A stretch of 64,000 nt of DNA, taken from assembly GCA_023920165.1 (NCBI GenBank), contig CP089278.1:1550001-1614000 (forward strand), written 5' to 3'. Below, piece by piece: positions 25,202-37,319 of the stretch. The position numbers and the translations under genes are program-made. Source of the stretch: Curvularia clavata. Lineage: Eukaryota. Numbering within the stretch: the first letter of the stretch is position 1; each line of letters starts with the position of its first letter. The notes under the pieces were generated by a model. It did not search any database and had not been told where the DNA came from. It worked only from the letters and a program-made list of their open reading frames with translations.

Positions 25202-25898
25202 AATGCGAGTCGTCACCGCTCGCGACGGGTGGACATTGTGATGAGAAAATGGGTGTGGATGCTAGGCTCTGACTCGGCGACGTGTCTTGCAGACGGGTTA
25301 GCGGCTCCCAGCGGGCGTGAGCGTGTGGTAGCTAGGGGTCTCTGGTACATGGACGAGGCGCTGGAGAAAGAGAGTTGTGTGTGTGTGATCGGTGAGGAGG
25401 AATGTGGGACAGTGCAGACGGACGAATCAGAGGCGGGCCGGGTACCGAGGGAGCAGGACGAGGAAGGCGCGGGCGCGGGACGTTTCCTTGTTGGGGGAAG
25501 GGGAAGTAAATGAGGGTCACGGCGCCCCTCATCGGTCAAGGCCTTGGAGGGCAAGGGTTTCGGTTGTAGGAGACAAGATGGCCGTTGAACAAGCGCGTCA
25601 GGACGGTGCAGGTGAAGCCGGCGGCCTGACGCCACAAGCACCGTTGGGTGCTAGCCGAAACAGGCGTGCAAAGGGGGCCTGGCGTCGAGGGGGCGAGGGC
25701 TGCGAGAGATTGCGTGCGAGAGAAGGGTGGGTATAGTACATAGTATCTGGCCTGGCGGGCTGAGGTGCTGGAAGAGGCAGGCCTTGGCGGCAGCGGCAGC
25801 GGCAGAGCAGCAGGCGCAGATAGCGACTAGACCAGAGTGGGCGGCAGCGACATGAATGAGGGCCATGGCAATGATCGTCAGCGGTGGTGGAATGTAGG

Positions 25899-25899
<1 letters not shown>

Positions 25900-25933
<34 letters not shown>
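25900..25933 (+). repeat. (AGC)n trinucleotide microsatellite with one AGT interruption
   Basis: Read directly from the sequence. Confidence 0.85.
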
Positions 25934-27123
25934 TCGCGATCATCATCAGCATGCCCGAGTCGACGTCGGCGACGCGTGTGAGGAGGGCGGATCAGCTGCG
26001 AGCGATTGCCTTGTCCTTGTTGCTGGCGTCGACGCAGCGGGAAGCCCACAGTTGAGTTCATCCGGCTAGAGCCGCGGTGCGTGGTGCACTGGGCTGGTGC
26101 TCATTAAACAAGCAAAAGGCATGGTGGGACGGGGGGCGCAGGCGGTGCGAGGTTGTGTTTGTGGGAAGGATGCTTCCTCTAGCGCGAGTGCGTGATAGGA
26201 GGTCACGTGGGCCGGGGAGCTATTCCTGGAGAGCGTGGCCGCTTGCCGCGGTGGGCGCACGACGGCAGAGCTACGTCGGGAGGGAGAAGGGAAACACGGC
26301 CGGGCGTGCTGTGGCCGTGCGCACCAAGACGGGCGCAGACGCAGCCCGCGGGATGCGGGCGGCACAACCAGGGCGTGCGTGTATGTGTCGAGCAGGTACA
26401 GCATCTACGCAGAGCAGAGTAGACGACAGCACAGCAGAGGCCGGAGCTATTCATCGGCCCGAGACCCTGTGGTGTGTGTTGGTGCTGGCAGTAGGGGTAG
26501 GCAGTAAGTAGTAGGCAGTAGGCCGTCGGCAGGCAGGCAGACAGACAGACAGACAGGCACACACCACACACTGCAACACGATGGACTCGCACCCACTCGA
26601 CGCATGCACTATCCGCGCCTGGACAAGACGGGCAGACGGGGCCTCAGATTGCCTGTCCTGTGCACACCAGCAAGTTCAGGCCCCCAACGGATCGCCTGCC
26701 GCCAGCCCCGAGCCCCATGGACGCCGCTTAGCGCCTCGCACGCATCCGCGTCTGGCGTGCTTGGGGGCCCTGCTGGCGCCCATGGGTCCAGGACGGGATT
26801 AGGTCCCCGCTGCATACCATAGCAGCGCTGGTGGGTCTCCTGCTCTTCACATTGCAGCAGCGCGTTCCCCCGCAGCCAGCACAAACCAGTGACAGGCCTG
26901 CCGACCAGGCCGCCCCTCGACCAGGGGGCTGCCTCGAGCCGGTTCATCCTTTGCCTGTGCCGCGAGCGGAGCTGCATTTGCTGGAATCCTAGACCCTTTA
27001 GACTCTCCCGTGCGACTGTATCCTCTGTGCAACCCACCGCTTCCCTCCTCCGTCTGTCTGCTCTGCCTCGCCTCTTATCATCGCCGCTGACCGCCCACGC
27101 ATCCCATATAACCACCTCATGCC

Positions 27124-28707
27124 ATGATGGGGAGCGAGTGGCATCCACGCAGGCACCCGCAGCCAGACCAGAACCACTATACACAACGCTCCTTGCCCAG
27201 CTTCGCAGAGCTGACGTCGTCGTCGACCGACTCGTTGTTGCACCGTCCTCGCGCCTCTGTCCCACCACCACCACCACCACACGCTCTGCCTCTAAACACC
27301 CTCGACCGTCCGGCCTCGCGTTCTTCGCCCCCAAAGTCCATTTCTTCGGCCGAATTCGCAAACCCGCCAGTCGCCCCAGACCGCGCTGCTTTTACTCCCA
27401 TCAATCACGCGAGCCCGCACGTCAGGTAAGTCATGGCTCCGACCATGCACATAAATACGTCAAGCATGGCTGACTTGTTGTCCAGCCCCACCAACACCAG
27501 AGCGCCGCCCGCCGTGCCCCAACATCAAACCTACTCACATTCATTACCACATACTACAGCTGCTGCACCCTACAGCCCGCCCTTGTCGTCTGGTCCCCTT
27601 CCAGCCCTGCACGACACTGCGCCATCACAAACAACATCGGTTAACGCTCGTCAAGACTCAGCCATTGCTCAGCAGCCCTACGACCATCCCAAGGACACTG
27701 AGCCTTCTCTTCCTTCATCCGTCCTTGCTTTTTCATATTTTCATCCTCCTGGGGGCAACCGTCGCCAGTCCACGTCTCGCCCCGCTTCTCATCCAGTCGG
27801 GCCATCTTCTCCCCACTCTCCTCCCGGTGAAACCCGTACGCACCAAACTCAGCCTCCACCAGAGACCGCAGCACATGGTCTGAGAAGCCTACACCCTCCA
27901 GCACAGTCTCCAGGCACCCAATTCCCACCAGAGCCTACTCGGTCACCACCACACACGCGAGGCCCTCCCGCTACCACTAATACAGACTCTGGATTTAGAA
28001 ATCCGCTGCCATCTCCTACTCTGGACCAGACCAACGGCACCGGGCGACACCAACGCTACAACGTCAGGTTCAACACAGTCTACACTTCGGAAAACATGCC
28101 GCCCAACCAGAAACCCCGCAACGATCCTCCACCCACTGCGCCTACGCCAGCAGAGCCCACTGAAGAGCAAAAGTCCCCATCTGAGCAGACTGTAAGGCCA
28201 TCCGTGGAGCCAGTTACGCCGTCAGCTGTACCTCGAGCTCAGTCGCCTGAAGAGCAACCGCTGCCACCGCAACAAACCGTGCCTCAATTAGAGCGATGTA
28301 AAGGATGTGGGGAGCCCTGGAGACGGCCGCTACCAGGCGAAGATCAGTTTCGACAAAGCTCTCCAGCGCGGAATATGGGCGAGCAACTCGCCTTGACACA
28401 AGATTTCATTAAGCGGCTAGAGAACCATGCCAAGTTTGCTGATGAAGCAGAACTGGCTTGGAAACGAAAACACCAGTGGTGCGTTGCGCCTCAACAACCC
28501 ACCAGCCCGCCTGCTACGGAGCCCCCAACAGAAACCCGCAACAAAAGCGAAGAAAGTCACTCGCCTGTAGAAGCTCCTGCACCCCAGACGCACTCTGCCA
28601 AGCGCAAGTCCGAAGTCCCTCACGAAGCTTCCAAGTATCGAAAAGTCGCAAACTTTGAGCCGCAATCCAACGCGACACCGCCTGTGCGTCCTACTGCTCC
28701 GGCCTAA
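27124..28707 (+). CDS. Pro/Ser-rich disordered hypothetical protein, putative nuclear regulator; 2 exons
   Basis: MMGSEWHPRR...SLPSFAEL exon joined by intron 27426-27485 (GTAAGT...GCTGAC...CAG) to the long ORF. Contains RYNVRF, CKGC...HQWC and a basic KRK...KYRK C-terminus. Confidence 0.82.
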
Positions 28708-30379
28708 AACGAACGATTTGTACCATGCCCTCTACGATTATTCCTCATTCGAGACCCAAAAGTCTCGCTTCGGTTCGCATTCGCATCTGCATTTAAGACG
28801 GTGTTCGTGTCTGCAAAAAGCGACGGCCTCCGCTATACCCCAACCCGGATGTTGTCCCCAGTTCTGCGGAGCAGTTCTTATTGTAACTAGCATTTAGTGT
28901 CTTCTTTTTTTTTCCTCTTAAACTTTGATTTTCAAGAGTACATTGTCACAGGAGGAATCCGTACCAGACGGATCTAGGAAAAGGATCGGCGTTGTCATAT
29001 CCCCCATGGTGTTTTCCATTTTTGCCGGTGTTGATGCTTCGACCATCGACACCATGGTTTTCTAACAAGAGCTGCATTTGCGCGGAGCTGCCACGCCCTC
29101 GTTGTGCGCTCCACGACGCCATGTATCACAGACGCTGTACGCCATACGCCGCGTTTTGCATCACCAGTCGTTGCTTGCAGGCGGGCTTTCTTCTTTGTTT
29201 CTCTTAGCGCCTACAACCTGTATCTATTGCACCCGTTGTCACTCTACGCACGGTATTGCCATATACCCAAATTTCAAGTCAATTTCAGAAAGACGTCTGT
29301 CCCTGTCGCGTGCATCGTGTTCCTGGCATCGGCCTTGTTGTTGCTGTTGCCCAAGCGCCAAACTGAAACCTAAATCCAGAGGGAAGGGTCACAGCACGCC
29401 GAGCCTAGGCAAGGGTGTCTGGGGTGCACCAACCCCCGCGTGTGAATGCCCAGTGTCAAAGCGGTTCGGTACGAAGGCCAAAGCCGTGATTACAAAAGGC
29501 AGTCGGCCGCTAGAACAAACTCCCTATTTTGTCTCGATCGATGACTAGGTTCCCCTGGTCGCCTAATGCGTGAGATGGGAACTTTTGTCACCTTGTTGCA
29601 CGACTGGTATCTGAACACGGCACAAAGGTACAGTACATAGATGCCTGTGGGAGCAGATAAACACACCCACATAGACGCATTTGCAGCGGCAGCTCGGCAG
29701 GCCCAACAAATCGCTTTGGCTATTGGACGCGATGCAGCGCCTCACACTAGGCTATTGGCGCAAATCACAAGGTCGGAAATCCTGCCAGCTTACGCTATGC
29801 GATTACCTGCATGACTAGTATTCAACTAGCTACGCCAGATGGAAACGGTATGGAATTGGAATGACACGGCTGACGGCTGCCGAGCGGGGCTTCCCGAGTC
29901 GTCAACGCTGTTTGAACTGGCGACACAACAAATCAGGCCCCACCGCCAGAGTTTCCGACTTGAGTTAAGCGGAGATTTGCTACGGCGTCTGGCGTTTGTG
30001 ATTGTCGGGAAAACAGAGCCAGCAGTGGATGCCATGTGGGGTGCAAGTGTGGCCGGTGTGCCGGTGTGCAGGTGCGCAGCATCCAGATTGTGAGAGAAAG
30101 ACACACGCCCCAGAGGCCGAAGAGAGATAGATACAAAGGTTTAAAAAAAATAAAAAAGGTAAATAGGGAGGTGTTTCGTAAGCGGTAGTTGTTTGACTAG
30201 TGGGCGGTTGTGCTGCTGATTGGTTGTGGGACGGGGCATTGGCATTGCTGACGCGGGGCGGAGCGGGCTGACGGAGATCTCAAAAAAATCAAGGTTCACG
30301 CTCTCCGCAGGGACAACGCAACATGGTTCGGTGGCAAAGAATGGACAATGGATGACCTCATCGCCTAGTGTCGACGCTT

Positions 30380-30395
30380 GGGGGGGGGGGGGGGG
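30380..30395 (+). repeat. G16 homopolymer
   Basis: Read directly from the sequence. Confidence 0.9.
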
Positions 30396-33300
30396 CAGGC
30401 AATACAATAACCCCCAACCATCCACCCATGCGCCGTGAGGAAAACGGTCTTCACGCATGTCGCCACGCTTCTCACGCGATTCTGCGCCGATCGCGCACGT
30501 TAGCGCAGCGAGCCACGCATGCCAATAACCAAGTTGAGGGGGCTACCGCTTAGTTTGCACATGTAGGGAACAAAGGCGAGCGTAAACCAGTTCCAAATCA
30601 CTGGGTCTCGCTCAAGGGGTTGGAACGCGATTGCAACGTCTTTTGAGCAAAATGGCTAGCGACGATCGCTCGGCGCTGCCAACAGCTTTGGGCAATGCTG
30701 CGTAACCAATGCAGAGTTGAGCTTTAGTGGCCAAAACTTTGTCGGGTCATGCTAACGGGACTGGTCGAGCGGCATGGCGTCTGAGAGCAAGAGAGGCACA
30801 CAAAAGAGTGGATACACAGTCGGTCCGTAACGTGATTGCGCTCTCCTTGGTGCGACTACACACTCGGCGCTCGCTGCCAACGACAATGCGATGCCGAACT
30901 GGTCATCAGCCCAAGTGCCGCGGCCTAGGCAAACTGCCGTTGAAACTGGCCAGGGTCTGCACGTGACGACACAATGGCCTTTTGCGCTGCCCCGGCCACG
31001 CACAACTTGGTCCCCCTCGCCGTCTCTCGCTGCCTCGCTCACCACGTCGCCTTGGACGGAACAAGCCACGTAGCCAACAGCAATGACATGACAACAGCAG
31101 CAGCACGCTCGACGTGGACCTGCACGGCTTAATCTCCAATGCATGAACCCCAACGCTCTAGACGCTTTTGGGGCCACTCCAGCTCTTTCCTCTTCCAGCC
31201 CAAGCATCCATCTCGTCTCCATTTCCAATTCCGCTTCCCCAGCTTGGCGATGCATCATCGAAGACGGGAGGGGCACAGACAGCACCCGTCCCCGTTGGCG
31301 AGTCAAGCCCCCAGCCCAGCGCTAGCCGCTCCCGCCTAGCCCTTGGGTCGACTTTGCACTTTGACTCTCTCTCTTGTCCCTGCCCGGGCGCTACGGCCAG
31401 CCCACGCCCCTCAACTCGCCGCGGCCGCCTGCTCCTTCGCCTCGCGCGGAATCTGACGCTTGACTCGTCAAGAGTTGCAAACAACTGGGATATCGTGGTC
31501 CTGGCCCAACAAAGTGCCGCTGCTGGGGTGCTGGCCAGTTTCTCCCGTCCTGCTGGCTCGCCCATGACTCATTGCGCAACCAAGCCCGCCGCCTGCACCG
31601 CAACCACCTTATCAATCCCCATTGTTGCTGTGACAGCTGTCACCAGGCAGGGCCTCATGTGCAACTTCGCCATAATAGGCAACTAATGGGGCCGCGGCTG
31701 CATTGGGCCGACAGTTTCTGCAAGTGCACCCTCTACCCCCCACTGATCATCGCCAGTGATATAGATTGCCTGCACATCAAGGCTCATGCTACCGACTTTA
31801 CCCTTCTCCAAGGGCGAGGAATGCGCCCGTTGGAGCCACGCGCATACATACAAGTCTTGGTTCCACCCACCGCTTCTATGCCTGCCAGAAGCAACGCCAG
31901 CCAGCGAATCGGGAAAACATGGTAGTAATGCATCCTCTGCTAGCAGGCAAATACAAGGCTAGCAGCTTTGAGCCAGTTGCCCTTTTGAAACAACAAATTG
32001 CAAACTCCTTCACTGTGAGCACAGCATGCCAAATGGCAAGAAATGTGCCTTGCTCTGGCCGTCAGTGCGCACCCGGACATGCAAAACCCATCGTTATCAC
32101 CCAAACAACGCTTAACGCAATCAGGGGGTTAAAAAAAACCTGTCGCGACAAATTCCGGATATAGCAGCGTCGCACGCGCGTCTGGTAAGATGACTGCGCC
32201 AGGATGACGGCCTCAATGTTTAAAACCCCCCATCAGATCACAACTTCACAGGGTTTTTGCCGCTGACCGACTGGCTGGCTCTCGAGTCCGAAATGTCCCT
32301 GCGACGTTACCTCACATGACAGCCAAAGCAGGTATCCGAAAAGCCCCTGCATCGACATTTTGTGTTCATCTCATCGCCCTACGCTCCACAGATCGATCCT
32401 GATAGGCCTTGGCAACGCTTTTCTTACGCTCTTATCTTGAGTGGACCAGCCGTTCTGGCTCATTATCCCGAGAGGTTCGGACCTTTCGTCCGCGTTGCAT
32501 TCTCCCAGGGCCATCGATGGAAGAGGGTCTCCCATACTGGGTCCATTGTGTATGTATATGGAGTGTATCGAGATTGTCGAGCTGATCTTAGATTTGTGAA
32601 TCGAGATCAACCCGCCTCGATGGGCGATGACGCTAGATCCGGCCCGCAGTCCAGCCAGTTTCGCACAGAGTGTAGTATCTAGACGTGTAATACATGTCCT
32701 ACCCACACGTCTAGGAAAACTCGCCGAACTCCAGTTTTTCTGCCAAAAGCACAGCCGCCAACGCCAACGCACATTCACATACCCATCCACGCGGCGCTCG
32801 TACCACGTTCCTCCTCGCGATTGCATACATACACGCGCATGTCCATATGGTCCCACCCCCCATGATATATTGCTACAACGCCACCCACTTCTATTCAGAC
32901 GTCGCTTGGACCGCACGAATGCGATGCCGCGTCCCGTAATAGTAAAAGCAGAACCCTGAGTGAGTGGCTTCGGTCAGATGGGCCGCCCACCGGTTCATTG
33001 GATAGGATCAAGTACCCGAAGCTAGCCAATGTGGTAAGCACAGGGCTGATGAATACTGCTTGGATAACAACTGGATTATAGACTAGTGACACATGGTATT
33101 GGTTGGCAATTGACAGCTTCATAAGAAGAAAAAAAACAGTTTGTACTCGGTACTGCATGATGATCTGTGGCATACTTGCTTGCTGTAGAAGGAAGAAAGA
33201 AGAAAGAAGAAGAAGAAGCAAGGCTAAAAGGCTTCTGAGCCCCTGTGTACGTTTGAATGTAATGTGGGCTTGCATCCAACGGTTTCTCGGAATGGAGCTG

Positions 33301-36300
33301 AAAGAGAAGTTCATCGGAAGGGGAGAAGAAGAGAAAAGAAAAAAAAGGAAAGGACTACATGGGGAAAAGCAGATAGCCCTAATGATGATTGATAGCCATT
33401 GCACATGGTTAATACTCAACTGAATAAGTTGTGCCGTGGTGCACAGCCAGGCCCCCAATATGATACCACATACCTACCCTGAAACTTTGTCGTTACGCGC
33501 ATCCACTTGGAGCCAACGTGATACGAGTCAGACGCGGCTCTTTGCCCTTGCGGTTGTTCGGCATATGATATTACATCACCATTCTGCTCGGACCTCGCGC
33601 AAACATGTGACAGCGCATTACTGTACACCCATATCCACCGACACACACACATACACACAGAAACACATACTGCCTGCCTTAATCCTGCCGTGCCTTGCGT
33701 CTTCTGCTTGGCTTATTGATCCTTCTCGTGGCGCTTCGGCTCCCAAGCGCTGACTCCCAAAAGCAGCTTCCTGACGACATTGGCAGACGTGTTTACCCGC
33801 ATACGTTCATTCTTTCCTTTTTGGGATGGAAGCTTTGGAAAGAAGGGTGCGAGGGGGGTAGGAAGGGGTCTCCTTACCCCCTTGGCCAACTGCTTGCTCA
33901 CCCACCCACTACCCCTTGTCTTTGCTCACACCACCAACACCCCACACACACACATATATACTATACAACAGACACATGCGCATATGTAATGTGCGTACAT
34001 AGAGTATACCACTCTTTCCCATCCGAACACTCCCGCTTACGGGGTCAGCATGGCGCCATTTTAACTTTTTTGGGTGCAAGGTAAGTGGTTGCTATTGAAC
34101 AGGACCCTTGTGAGCGGTAACACTTGCCCTTGTCCTGCACTTGGACCCCCTTGTTGGTGTCATCGTTGTTACCCTGCTTTTGAGTCTTGACCCTGTCCAG
34201 CAGTATCATACTACTCAGAGAAGCATGGGTTTGGGTTGTAAGCGAAGGGGGGGACGGCGCCTGGCTGTGCTGCGGGGTACTGTGCGTGGTTTGGGATTGA
34301 TGATGGGTAGGGTGACGGGAAGGATTTGGCGAGATTGGCGTGGCTTTGGTGCTGCGTGTGTGTGACACTAATGGGCGGGCTGGGTTGAGTGACTGTGTGG
34401 GAGGGTGGGGTGGGGGGTTGAGGGATTTCACGTTAGGTGTAGTAGTAGGTGCGCGCGCACCGAGCGGGTGTGTGTGGTCCGGTCAGCAATATGTATTGGG
34501 CGTTATTCTGGAATGACAAGGTACGTGTGGACACGGCATTGGGACTCTCTTGTCTGCGTGCTCATACGTGTGTGTGTGTGGGTGTGTTGGGTGCAAGCTG
34601 ATGGGCGACTAGTTTTCTGTTTCTCGTCCAATGCTATGGTGGATATTTGTTAGTGCGACTTGGTGTGGTTCCGTGGCGCAAAGCAAAGCAAGCCGCATTC
34701 GATGTGGTAATGGAGAGAATGAATGAACGGCGCGGAGCTGCTGGAATCAATGGGTTGAGGGGGTTGGGGGAGACCACTTGGTGTGTGTTTAGCTGCCGCT
34801 GTCACAACATATTTTTCCCTTGCAGTGTACACAAAGTTTAGAGAATACTAACTCCTTTTTCCCCTCTGTCTCCTCTCTCGTCCTCCCTTGGATTCCGTTC
34901 GATCGGTTCGGTGGCAACTGCTGTGCAAGCCGTGTATGCGTGCCATTGGAGCAAAGGAAACACGTCATGTGTACAAGTACGTAGTCGTCGTACGTTTCTT
35001 TGCTTGTTGGGCCGACCTCCCCTCGTCGCAAGCCGCCCCTTCCAAATTGACGCCAGGGTGGCTTTGTGGCGTGTGGCGAATATTCAAAGGGTAGCGTAAC
35101 CGCTGACCAACCTCCACTTGGTCACATTTTTCCCAGACGCGCACTATCGACTGTTTTTCGCGCGATCGGATCAACCTGGCAGGTCGGTCATGAGGCTCTT
35201 GATCAATTCGCCTATCGTACCAGTGCTGGTAGCGCCATTAGCTTACAACTTAGCCGTCTATACTATGACGAGCACCGAATCACATCTCTCGTATTCGTAA
35301 ATCTGACCAACGGAAGCGCACCGGGTTGGTCCTTCAAGGATATTCCCTTCTGAATTCAAGCCCCCTCAGCCCTGCTTTGCCTTGCCGGACTGGAGCAGAT
35401 CTTGAGATGCTAGGTCGCATTGCTAATATCGGTACTAGCGCGTTGCGCCCCGCGAGGCTAGAGACATTGACCAAGCGCTTGTCGCGGCTTCGATTCCTCT
35501 CATCGCAAACCCCTAGAGAACCGCGTGACCTCGTAGCGAATCAGCTTTTTCGGCGGAGCAGCTAGCTACCCTGCGTCGGATAGCTTCCGGCTCGTATGGA
35601 GCACTTGCGATCAAACGAGCCGTCCTTTTTGCTCTCACATAGCTCCGATTACTGTTATGCGCTAAGTCGGATCTTTCTTGTTGTATCCATGTGTCACGAG
35701 AATTAGAATTTACATGTCAGACGCGACCAAGAAATAAAAGTATATACTTTCTAACGAAAAGCTCTCCTCCACACGGGAGGGAGACTGCCGGGCTGGGTTG
35801 AACCTTGTTTGTTCCGCGGTCTCCGGAATTGTTGCGCCCAAGAGAACAGCAATTGTACGTGAACCTACCTGAATATTAAGTTTTCTTATCTCGTTGTCAT
35901 CTTTCTCACCCTGATCCCCGACATTCCACAGCCCGCCTTGTCTCTCTTGACTGCGGGCTGTTCATGCCGGTAAGGAGATTGTCTTCGTACAAAGTAGCAT
36001 TCCCCGTATCCCCGGCCGCCTGCCTGGTGGCATGCCCCCGGAATGGGTCATGGTCAGCAAAGCACTACATTTGTCTTTACTCTTAGGTACTCGAAAAGCA
36101 TGCGATTCATCCGTTCGTTCATGCCCAAAATCATTTCACATGCATACTCCCATCCATTGCTTTGTCTCGATTCCCTTGTGTCGGGCTTCCTTGAAACCCA
36201 ATCGCTTCCCAATCCCACGGTAACCGCATTCCCTCATCACTACAACATATTCTCCGACACTTACCTAACCTCCCGCGGTACGAAGTAGACCCACAATGCT

Positions 36301-37319
36301 AGGGATCATCTCTTTTTTTTTTCTTCCGACCAACTAGCCGAACCAAACCAAGACCAAAACTTGCTATACGTCATACGTCATTTTTATGTACCCTGAGAAC
36401 TGCAGAAGCAAAAAAAGGCCCGAAGATGCGGCGAAAGAGCCGGGGAGGGGGTAAGGAAATGTCGCTGCTGTGTCAGAATGGTAAGGTTTGAAGTTATTGG
36501 GTGTTTCGTAAGTGGGTAAGCGGCATTTGGGTCCAATGAATGGGGGACCTGGTTTGTACAAGTACATATGTATTATAGGGTAGATGGGGTATATTGGGCT
36601 CAGTTGGGTAGGCAGCATAGTGGCGTTGTGTTTTCCATCCCCGTTCCCCCCGAGAAATGTCGGCATTGAGAGGACGTGGGCGTGTATCGGGAAGACGGGC
36701 CTTGTCTCCTTTCCTATCAGCTCGTTCATGGAAAGTTTTCCTGGAAGTGCGAGTGGTTTGATCTGGATAGCATAGAACCCTGTTTTGTTTTGTTTTGTTT
36801 TTGAGTCCAAGATTATTCATACACACTTACGTATAAGGTTTTTTATTTCAACCGTGGATACACATGTTCCACTAGTCTTACGTTATGTACAGTAGTAACA
36901 TAAGTACGCTTTCGGGCGCTGCTTACTTGCTACATTACTGGCTCGTGTGAGGAATGTCGTCGTGCTAATATTGACGTACGCGAATGCATCAGATCGCCAG
37001 GTTCAAGGACCAAAAAAAAAGTAACCTGCTAGCACGGCTGTGAATAGTGTCCAGACAAGCTCACACGCAAATTTAGATGTTAGACTGTTGAAAAATTACA
37101 GAATTCGATTCGAATAATCTTTGTGCTTATGCATTCTCATTTGCACAAGACGATGCATCGTCATTGTAAAGACCAGGTACACACTTAATCCTCATGGGTT
37201 AAATAAAGACACACACTCACACCCCACACCAATTTACCTACCACTTCTATGTCCCACCGTCCCAAAATCTCCTTCACAGCCAAAAAAAAACTTTTCCCAA
37301 CTGGTTGGCGACACCGGTC

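Noticed and set aside
32669..32680. AGTGTAGTATCT identical to the U2 snRNA branch-recognition region
   Set aside because: The flanks do not match U2 stem I or II, so this is a 12-nt chance match.
32000..34086. Telomerase RNA ending at the Sm-like site and donor at 34081
   Set aside because: No TAACCCTAA-type template within 2 kb upstream on that strand.
34045..34431. Minus ORF ending KMAPC*, considered as a pheromone or prenylated peptide
   Set aside because: The terminal Cys is not in a CAAX position and there is no other support.
36755..36785. TTGATCTGGATA resembling the TPP riboswitch core
   Set aside because: It lacks the following ATACCAGCG segment and a properly placed CTGAGA, and no thiamine gene is nearby.
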